A stretch of DNA of 64,000 bases. It comes from Myxococcota bacterium. GTDB taxonomy: Bacteria > Myxococcota > XYA12-FULL-58-9 > JABJBS01. Both the position numbers and the translations under genes were made by a program. The stretch covers positions 85,479-149,478 of the forward strand of contig JAYZAY010000085.1 of NCBI GenBank assembly GCA_036339465.1, given 5' to 3'. Numbering within the stretch: position 1 is the stretch's first letter; the number at the start of each line of letters is the position of its first letter. Positions 56,687 to 64,000 of this stretch are shown here, one piece after another. The notes under the pieces were generated by a model. It searched no databases, was not told the DNA's origin, and was given only the letters and a program-made list of their open reading frames with translations.

Positions 56687-58315
56687 TTAGCGTTGGCGCC
56701 TAATCAGGACGATGGCAAGTCCGAAAGCCACCAAGAGAACGGGTAAAATATCCATGGATAGGAATTTCAGATATCCGATGGCTCTACCGTCCAAGTTTAG
56801 CTGACTGGCCACCCGCAGTTTGGGGCGGATGGTTATTTTCGCTTGTTCTTCGGTCAGCCAGTGGATGGTGTTGAGACTGAGGTCTGCATTGCCTTGCATT
56901 GAAAAATATTTATTGGTGATCCAGTCGGAATCACCGAAGGTAACGAGCCGTGCTTCGTCTGAGATCTGTGTGAGGTTGGCTTTGGGGATTTTCTTGGTGC
57001 TGATATAGGCAACTGTTGCTTCTAGGTTATCGTCATCTCCTTGTTCTGCGATTCCGTCAATGAGGTTGGTTTCGCCCCAGGCGGTTTGACCGGCTCGTAA
57101 AAGTGGAATGACTTCCACATCGAAGCTGGGAGAGGCGGCAAGTCCTAAGCTTCTCGCGGTCATCATCACCACAGCGGCGCTCAATTGAGAGGTGATGGGG
57201 TGCTCGGCTTCACTGGGAACCACCATGGGGGCAGCAGGGCCGAGTCCCAACATACGATTCAATGGATTCGGATCCACGATCATGTCTTCTCGTAATTGAA
57301 TTCTCCATTGGTTGGCAATGGGATGAAAGCCTCCACTACGGGTCCGATCAAGCATGGCCACGACTCTGCCACCTCGGTTTAAGAATTCGAGAATGGCGGT
57401 AATTTCTGGTTCCAATAGGTTTCCTTCGGGGCCTAGAATCAAGAGAAACCGCACATCCTTGGGGATCTGGATTGCAGATGAAGGTGTGGCTTGAGTATTG
57501 ATATCTAGAGGACCTGGTGCGTCGACCTGGGATGGGTCGATAAGGGAGAGGGGGGCTAGTTTATAGCCTTCTGCTTTGAGGGAATCGCCAAAGACTTGAG
57601 CGCCAAAATTGTTTTCACCATCATGTAGGTCGACTTCTCCATGTCCAACGAGGAAATGAATTGTTTTTGTGGTTTGATCCACGACCCGTATGAGCGCATT
57701 GGTGAGTTCTTCCTCGGTGACTTCCTTGGCTCTGGCATCTTGGGTTTCACTGGCGACCACAATTCTCGGGCCGCGGTCTGCAATCGAGAATCTTTCGACC
57801 AAGTCTGGTCGAGTTTGGGGGTCTATGATTTTATGTTCAATGTTCTTACTGAGGCCGGCGTAGCGTTTGATGAGTTCTTCGGCCACGGGTTTGAGTGGTT
57901 CGGTGGGTCCATAAAATCCGTAGAGCGTTGTTTTTTCTTTGACCCGGCTCAATAGTTTTTCGGTTTGTGGAGAAAGGGTGTGGATACCTTCACGGGTAAT
58001 GTCCCATTCTCGTCCATCCCGTTGAGCGGCGATATTGATGGCCACCAGAAGGGTTAAGACGGCGAGGGTCGATAGAGAAGACAGGGCGAAAAGTCCCGAA
58101 GATTTGGCGCCAGAAAATTGTTGTAGAGAATCTTTGTTGGTTACGACATAGAGTAGGATTGCTCCTAAGCCGACGAATAATTTACCGAGCACCGCCGGTC
58201 CAAATTCGAGGGTTAGTAGGTAGGTAAAGGGGAGGGATATGAGCAGTACAAGTCCGACCGCGCCCGCGATACGTCCTATATTGGTCATGGATAATTTGGA
58301 TGGGGTATTTTTCAT
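56687..58315 (-). CDS. GldG-like ABC auxiliary component
   Basis: WDITREGIHTLS.QT, EEELTNAL, FLVGHGE, FGDSD, N.IHWL, C-terminal TM. Confidence 0.88.
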   Translation of the reverse strand: MKNTPSKLSMTNIGRIAGAVGLVLLISLPFTYLLTLEFGPAVLGKLFVGLGAILLYVVTNKDSLQQFSGAKSSGLFALSSLSTLAVLTLLVAINIAAQRDGREWDITREGIHTLSPQTEKLLSRVKEKTTLYGFYGPTEPLKPVAEELIKRYAGLSKNIEHKIIDPQTRPDLVERFSIADRGPRIVVASETQDARAKEVTEEELTNALIRVVDQTTKTIHFLVGHGEVDLHDGENNFGAQVFGDSLKAEGYKLAPLSLIDPSQVDAPGPLDINTQATPSSAIQIPKDVRFLLILGPEGNLLEPEITAILEFLNRGGRVVAMLDRTRSGGFHPIANQWRIQLREDMIVDPNPLNRMLGLGPAAPMVVPSEAEHPITSQLSAAVVMMTARSLGLAASPSFDVEVIPLLRAGQTAWGETNLIDGIAEQGDDDNLEATVAYISTKKIPKANLTQISDEARLVTFGDSDWITNKYFSMQGNADLSLNTIHWLTEEQAKITIRPKLRVASQLNLDGRAIGYLKFLSMDILPVLLVAFGLAIVLIRRQR

Positions 58316-58331
58316 GCTTAAGATCTCCCTA

Positions 58332-59126
58332 TTATTTCCATCGTTCTGCTTCGATAACTTGGTAAGTTAGGAAGATTCCGAAAAATGAAAGGGACAGGTA
58401 ATACACGAGATCGGGAAGTCGTATCATGCCCCTAAGGAAACCCTCGAGATGGGTTGTGATGGATAAATATTGAAAGAATTGTTCCCAGACCCCTTCTTGG
58501 CCTCTGGCGGCAGCGCCAATAACATAGAGCATCAATAAAATTGCGAATGAAGAAATAACAGCGACAATTTGTGACTCAGTAAGGGAACTGGTGAGTAGCC
58601 CAACGGCGACCGATGCGGCGCCGAAGAGGGCCATACCCAGGTAGCCGATGGTGATGGTGTTCCAATCCAAAGGGGTGGTTCCATCGGAGGTGGCACCAAA
58701 AATATGCAGTAAAACAGGGAAGAAGAAGCTTAGGCCCAGCATGATGAGCATGATGCAGAGAGCAGCCACATATTTGCCCAATACAATTTCTACGGGCCTT
58801 ACAGGGGTGGTCATCAAAAGCTGAAGAGTCTTGGTTTTACGTTCTTCGGAGAACAGTCGCATGGTCAGGATAGGCATCATAAAGAGAAAGAAGACGACCA
58901 CGTTGCTGAGGAGCGGTGCAACGACCCAATCTGTAAGGTTCATTTGGGCCAGCATGTCTTTATATTGGTATTGTGTGTATTCCTGCGAACGCAGTTGATA
59001 GTCGAGTACCAACTGCTGAAAGAAGAAAGCACTGATCAACACAAATGCACCGAAAATAATATAGCTGGTCCAAGTGGTGAGGTAGATACGTAATTCTTTG
59101 TTGGCGATGGTGAGTATATTGCCCAT
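58332..59126 (-). CDS. GldF-like ABC-2 permease
   Basis: IANKEL, PILTMRLFSEERKTKTLQLLMTTPV..IVLGKY. Confidence 0.92.
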   Translation of the reverse strand: MGNILTIANKELRIYLTTWTSYIIFGAFVLISAFFFQQLVLDYQLRSQEYTQYQYKDMLAQMNLTDWVVAPLLSNVVVFFLFMMPILTMRLFSEERKTKTLQLLMTTPVRPVEIVLGKYVAALCIMLIMLGLSFFFPVLLHIFGATSDGTTPLDWNTITIGYLGMALFGAASVAVGLLTSSLTESQIVAVISSFAILLMLYVIGAAARGQEGVWEQFFQYLSITTHLEGFLRGMIRLPDLVYYLSLSFFGIFLTYQVIEAERWK

Positions 59127-59130
59127 GACG

Positions 59131-59856
59131 TTATACTTCCGTGAGTGAGAGAAAAATCTGCTCCAGCGACGGGGGCTGATTTCCAGTTGAATGCTTTTCG
59201 ACCAAGGTTTCCAGCGGGTCGTCCGCTACAATATCTCCTTGATTAATAATGACGACTCTTTGGCAGGTTGCGGTGACTTCTTGCAGGATGTGTGTTGATA
59301 AAATGACGGTGTATTGTCCGGCGAGTTCCCTTATTAGGGATCTCACTTCTCCGATTTGCCTTGGATCGAGGCCCACGGTGGGTTCGTCTAGAATGAGAAC
59401 CGATGGATTGCCCAAAAGAGCTTGGGCCAAACCTGTTCGCTGTTGGTAACCTTTGGAGATATTTCGAATCAATCGATGATGGACGGCTTCAAGGGAAACC
59501 CTTTTGATCACCCGATCGACTTCGTCTTTGAGTACCCCGCCTTTGAGGCCCTTGAGTTTGGCGACGAAGTTTAGGTATTCCTCAACGGTCAGATCAGGGT
59601 AGACGGGGGGAATTTCTGGTAGGTATCCGATATTTCGCTTTACCTCCATGGGGCGCTCGAAAACATCGAACCCGGCGACTTTTGCGGTCCCACTGGTGGC
59701 CGGAAGAAATCCTGTCAGCATTTTCATGGTCGTCGATTTGCCGGCGCCATTGGGGCCGAGAAACCCCACGATTTCTCCCTTGGCTACTTCAAAAGAGATA
59801 TCGTTGACCGCAGTCAGGTCTCTATATCTCTTGGTAAGGGATTGAATCTTAATCAT
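59131..59856 (-). CDS. GldA-like ABC ATP-binding protein
   Basis: GPNGAGKST, ISKGYQQR, ILDEPTVGLDP, STH. Confidence 0.95.
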   Translation of the reverse strand: MIKIQSLTKRYRDLTAVNDISFEVAKGEIVGFLGPNGAGKSTTMKMLTGFLPATSGTAKVAGFDVFERPMEVKRNIGYLPEIPPVYPDLTVEEYLNFVAKLKGLKGGVLKDEVDRVIKRVSLEAVHHRLIRNISKGYQQRTGLAQALLGNPSVLILDEPTVGLDPRQIGEVRSLIRELAGQYTVILSTHILQEVTATCQRVVIINQGDIVADDPLETLVEKHSTGNQPPSLEQIFLSLTEV

Positions 59857-59945
59857 TTTGAGCACCTCGCGGGAGTTGAACGCATTGGTTTCATCAAATA
59901 TTCCCAAGTTGAAATCCGAGACCAAACCAATTTGGTCGACTTGAT

Positions 59946-60665
59946 TTATCCTTCGGTCGTGTCCGCTTTTTTGGTTTCGTACTGGATAGGCAGATCCTCG
60001 ACTCCGAAATGGAAAGCCAGATGGAATAGGAATTGGTGAAAGGTATTGCCAGCTGCGCCATCGCTGACTGCATAGGTGTCACCGTCTTGGAAATTGAAGA
60101 TGAATGTGCTGTATGGGGCGGTGGCCAGATTATAATCCATACCAACTTTGAAATAAGACGCCACAAAGTATTCCAATCCCAGTCCAAATCGCCAGCTACC
60201 AAAGCTACTCCAAGCCACTTCCTGATTGGGGATCACATCATAACCTTGATAGGTAGCGCCCCAGCCGATGAATATCGAGGGTTCGAGAGGTTGGAGGTAA
60301 GTCGGTAGTTGCCCTCGCCAGTGCCAAGCAGGGTAAATACGGGCGCCTACGTGGAAGTTGGCCATCCAGGCTTCGTTGGTATTGTCTCCACCAGGCTTGA
60401 GATATTGAGCCATTGTTTCCAGGGCACCATAACCGAGAACATTGAAGCCCAATTTGAAGGAGCCCAAGAGTCCACCATTCATTTGAGTGGTGTATAGGGT
60501 TCCGTTGCTGATTCTTGGAGAATTACTGATGGCATCGTAAGGAACGTCAGCGCCGCCACTGCCCGAATAGCCGGTGCCGAACCCAATATAAAAGCCGGGT
60601 CGAGCCATGGCGTCTGTGGGGAGCAGGGCTAAGGCCAAAAGAAGGGGAAAGATGATTCGCTTCAT
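59946..60665 (-). CDS. outer-membrane beta-barrel protein
   Basis: Signal peptide MKRIIFPLLLALALLPTDAMA; alternating aromatic strands (GFYIGFG, FGLGLEYF, HLAFHF). Confidence 0.8.
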   Translation of the reverse strand: MKRIIFPLLLALALLPTDAMARPGFYIGFGTGYSGSGGADVPYDAISNSPRISNGTLYTTQMNGGLLGSFKLGFNVLGYGALETMAQYLKPGGDNTNEAWMANFHVGARIYPAWHWRGQLPTYLQPLEPSIFIGWGATYQGYDVIPNQEVAWSSFGSWRFGLGLEYFVASYFKVGMDYNLATAPYSTFIFNFQDGDTYAVSDGAAGNTFHQFLFHLAFHFGVEDLPIQYETKKADTTEG

Positions 60666-60681
60666 GATTGTTTCCGGTTGC

Positions 60682-61467
60682 CTAGTTGCCTTGAAATTCT
60701 GGTTTTTGTTTTTCGAGATAGCCTTGGATACCGCGTTTGGCATCTTGGCTGGTGAAGAGGCGCTGCTGCAGCTCACGCTCGAGGGCCAAACCATCGGTAA
60801 AGCTCATCTCATTGCCTGAAACGACCGCCCTCTTGATCATTCCCACAGCTTTGGAGGCCCGGTGCGGTGGGCAAAATTGAGTTGCGTATTCCAATGCGGC
60901 TTCCAAGAAGTTTTCCGCGGGCATGAGTTCATGTACGAGGCCGAGGTTTTTGGCTTCATTAAAATCCATGCTTTTGCCCGTCACCATGAGCTCCATGGCC
61001 TTGGCTTTGCCCACCAATCTGATCAGTCGTTGCGTTCCACCCGTACCGGGGAGCACACCCAAGGCAACTTCTGGCAGTCCCATTTTTCCGCCACCGGTCT
61101 TAGCGATTCGAAGATCAGCCGCCATGGCGATTTCAAGGCCACCTCCAACGGTGTGACCGTTTAGTGCTGCAATCACGAGTTTGGGGGTCTGCTCCAGGCG
61201 GCCTAATGTCTCGTTGGCGTGGAGGCAGAAGTAATATTTGAATTCAGGGTCCACCTCTCCAAGCATTGAAATATCAGCTCCGGCACAGAAAAATTTGTCT
61301 CCGGCGCCAGTGAGCACGATGACGTGAACTTCGGCATCCATACGTGCTTCGAGAATGCGTGCATCTAAGGCTTGCATCATCGCGTATGAATACGCATTCG
61401 CTGGGGGATTGTTGAGAGTTAGAACCGCGATTCCATTTTTCTTTTCGTACTGAACCAATGAAGTCAT
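60682..61467 (-). CDS. enoyl-CoA hydratase/isomerase (crotonase) family
   Basis: FCAGADI, GGGLE, GLPEVALGVLPGTGGTQRL. Confidence 0.95.
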   Translation of the reverse strand: MTSLVQYEKKNGIAVLTLNNPPANAYSYAMMQALDARILEARMDAEVHVIVLTGAGDKFFCAGADISMLGEVDPEFKYYFCLHANETLGRLEQTPKLVIAALNGHTVGGGLEIAMAADLRIAKTGGGKMGLPEVALGVLPGTGGTQRLIRLVGKAKAMELMVTGKSMDFNEAKNLGLVHELMPAENFLEAALEYATQFCPPHRASKAVGMIKRAVVSGNEMSFTDGLALERELQQRLFTSQDAKRGIQGYLEKQKPEFQGN

Positions 61468-61627
61468 GGCGGCGATATAGCCCAGCCATTTCTCGTGGTC
61501 CACGGTTAAAGCCATCTCTTCTGGGGCTTTTTAGGAGAAAATTGAACGCTTTTTCTTAGGGTTGGGCCAGTCATCCTGTTTTACGGCTCTTGGGCTGCGC
61601 CTTTGGGGCAGTACCTGTGCTGAGAAT

Positions 61628-62893
61628 TCAGAACTGTGGGTTATTCCCATAGATGAGTTTTCCGGAAACTCTCGTTTCGCGTACGGTCACGGCTTCTTGG
61701 TTAAAAGCAATGGTTTCGAGGATTTGCTTCGGGGATTCTAGGTAGGGGGGAGTTTCTAATGCCACAATATCTGCTTGATAGCCCGCATCGAGGAGTCCCA
61801 CCGAGTCACCCAAATTAAGTGCGAGAGCGCCTCCTCTGGTGGCATGCCAAAGAAGCTCGGTAGGCAATGGGAAGGATTTCTGTTGGAGGGCATTGTCGAA
61901 AGCACTTGAAACCATACGGCGCATAGAAAAGCTTCTTCCCGCGCCGACATCAGTACCCAATCCTGTTTTGATACCGAGTTCTCGGGTTTTGGCCCAAGGC
62001 ATGTTTCCGCTATTGAGAAAAAAGTTACTGTCTGGGCAATGGGCGATGGAGCATTTTCTCTCTTTCAGTGTGGTCCACTCTTGCTCTCCTAGCCACAGGC
62101 AATGGGCAAAAAGTGTTCGTTCGTTTACCAAACCAAAATCATCATAGACACCAACATAGTCTGAGGATTTTGGAAATGCCTTTTGGGTGGATTCAATTTC
62201 AATATGATTTTCGGAGAGGTGGGTCTGGATCAATAATTTGTTTTTCGCAGCAAAATCAGAAGATGCTTTTAAAAGGCCGGGCGAGCAACTCAATGCAAAT
62301 CTGGGGGTAAGTGCAAATCCCAATCGATGATTGTCGTACCCATGCCACTTTTCGGTAAGCATGTGGCAGGCATCCATGGCGGCGGCGGTTTCCATGAGAA
62401 GTGGGTCCGGAGCGAGGCGGTTCATCAATGTCAAACCAACGATGGCCCTCAGTCCAGTGTGAGCGAGCTTTTCGAATAAAATATCGGTGGCACTGGGGAG
62501 ACTCGACCCAAAGACCGCAGCAGTTGTTGTGCCAAATTGCGCGAGGTTTTTTGTGAATTCGGTGGCCACGTCTTGGGCATAGTGATGGTCTTCGAATTTG
62601 CACTCTTCTGGAAAAACGCTTTTTTCCAACCAGGTTAAGAGGGCTCCGGTGGCAGATCCGATAATTCTTGTTTGTGGATAGTGAATGTGGGTATCCACAA
62701 AGCCGGGAAACCAAATGGCCTTTGGATTGGTGATGGCAATGTTGTGGTGTTTCTCTTGGGCTGGGCCAGAATAGATTATTTTCCCGTCGCTTCCTATTTC
62801 GAGAATCGCATCATCCAAATAGTCAAATGAAAACGTGTCGGTAGGGAGGAAAAACCTGCCCCGGATTGTCTTATGGCTTTCCTTTACCCCCAT
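61628..62893 (-). CDS. guaD: guanine deaminase
   Basis: PGFVDTHIHYPQ, TPRFALSCS, QTHLSEN, GTDVGAG. Confidence 0.93.
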   Translation of the reverse strand: MGVKESHKTIRGRFFLPTDTFSFDYLDDAILEIGSDGKIIYSGPAQEKHHNIAITNPKAIWFPGFVDTHIHYPQTRIIGSATGALLTWLEKSVFPEECKFEDHHYAQDVATEFTKNLAQFGTTTAAVFGSSLPSATDILFEKLAHTGLRAIVGLTLMNRLAPDPLLMETAAAMDACHMLTEKWHGYDNHRLGFALTPRFALSCSPGLLKASSDFAAKNKLLIQTHLSENHIEIESTQKAFPKSSDYVGVYDDFGLVNERTLFAHCLWLGEQEWTTLKERKCSIAHCPDSNFFLNSGNMPWAKTRELGIKTGLGTDVGAGRSFSMRRMVSSAFDNALQQKSFPLPTELLWHATRGGALALNLGDSVGLLDAGYQADIVALETPPYLESPKQILETIAFNQEAVTVRETRVSGKLIYGNNPQF

Positions 62894-63031
62894 CGTGGTG
62901 TCTCCTCAGTGAAGGCGGCCGGTTAGAATAGCTTAGGCGATGTGCTCTAGCAAGTGTTAATTTGAGGGCTCAATGAGGGGGGCTTTTTGTCGATTGAACA
63001 GATTTTGTCTTTTTATCGCCACTGTCTTATT

Positions 63032-63985
63032 TTAGAACTTCACGGAAACCCTGCTTGAGGCGAGCTGAAGTGCCATGACACCGGCGATGATTAGGCTGTA
63101 GCCGATCCAAGCAAATGGGGCAGGAGAATGTTGAGTTAGGAGATATTCAAAAAATATTCCCCAAAGCAAACGGGTTAGAACAATGCTGGCTGCAATTGGA
63201 GCGCGTAGATAATGAAAGGCCCGTGTCATAGAGAGCTGAGCTAAGAGTCCACCAATAGCGACGATGGCGATATTGGGAGAATTCTCCAATGAAGGGTAGA
63301 CCCAGTTCTCAGTGCCCCCAATCATTGGAGCGAGTAATATTCCCATGAGATAAAAAATCCCCACGATGAGACTGGGTGGATATTTTTTTGCGGCTTGTCG
63401 AAGAGACAGAAGGGCGACCGCACCCAGTAAGGCCCCCAGGATGCCGACCACCGTAACCTCTAAAGAAGGGCGCTGATATTCCGGAATGTAGAGGGATATA
63501 GCTCCCGCGATAACCATGAGGATTGCGATTGTTTCTGAGGCTTTTAGTGGTTCCTTGAGTAACCAGCCCGAAAGAAGCGTGACGAAAATTCCAGCAGTTA
63601 GGGTCAAACTGATCGCTGTGCCATAAGTGGTGTGTTGGAGATTCCAGAAAAATGCAATCATAGCAAGGGAGCCCGCCACACCTCGAAGCCATAAGACCCA
63701 CCCCTGTTTTTGGAAGAGGTGCCCTATTTCTTTGTAGGTCCATGGTGCGAGGATAAAGAGTCCGAATAAACACCTAAAAAATACCAGCTGGTGTGACTCA
63801 ATGACGCCCCGGGTGAATTGGACGGTAATCCCCATCACGGCAAAAATAATTCCTGAGAGCAGAGCATAGGCGACTCCACTACGAGAATACCCCATTGACG
63901 AAGGATTGATGATTGGTTCGGCCTTCATGATTTTGGCCCGGGTATTGTTGACAAGACTTTCCGTTGGTTGACTCGAGTTTTTCAC
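63032..63985 (-). CDS. DMT/EamA family transporter
   Basis: About 10 TMs in two repeats; VFFR, LLKE, AQLSMTRAF. Confidence 0.9.
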   Translation of the reverse strand: MKNSSQPTESLVNNTRAKIMKAEPIINPSSMGYSRSGVAYALLSGIIFAVMGITVQFTRGVIESHQLVFFRCLFGLFILAPWTYKEIGHLFQKQGWVLWLRGVAGSLAMIAFFWNLQHTTYGTAISLTLTAGIFVTLLSGWLLKEPLKASETIAILMVIAGAISLYIPEYQRPSLEVTVVGILGALLGAVALLSLRQAAKKYPPSLIVGIFYLMGILLAPMIGGTENWVYPSLENSPNIAIVAIGGLLAQLSMTRAFHYLRAPIAASIVLTRLLWGIFFEYLLTQHSPAPFAWIGYSLIIAGVMALQLASSRVSVKF

Positions 63986-64000
63986 TATAGCCGGAGTTTT

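Noticed and set aside
1..64000. Mobile elements, prophage, rRNA/tRNA and the many short antisense ORFs in the track
   Set aside because: No transposase, integrase, phage or RNA-gene signature was seen; the short ORFs are shadows of well-supported genes

Overview
This 64-kb window (about 48% GC by eye) is mostly core bacterial chromosome. Gene families such as the PilZ proteins, PrkA, FHA-DUF4388, SurA-DsbA, the split atp operon and the variant upp suggest Myxococcota or a related deltaproteobacterial lineage (inference). It encodes a partial UvrD/PcrA, radA, a PpiD-like protein, orn and a MoaD+MoeB pair. It also carries hrcA-grpE-dnaK-dnaJ-PilZ divergent from clpX-ppx-prkA, an upp-hpt-bamD cluster, hflKC, ilvE, ugd/uxs and lpxL. 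The right half holds ccmFGHI, tolQRAB, DsbA, an M16 peptidase pair, atpIBE, gpsA, murA, an OMP plus Gld-like ABC cluster, a crotonase, guaD and EamA. I saw no rRNA, tRNA, CRISPR, prophage, IS element or recognisable defence system. The strongest unexplained signal is a candidate ~120-nt three-hairpin small RNA (50198-50316) with an anti-Shine-Dalgarno loop and its own terminator. Other candidates are a 51-aa basic gene missed by the ORF track, a signal-less protein with three LysM-like repeats, a membrane-anchored stand-alone STN/N0-like protein, a structured 5' leader and a DUF2064 pseudogene. All family calls come from motif recognition by eye; no searches were run.
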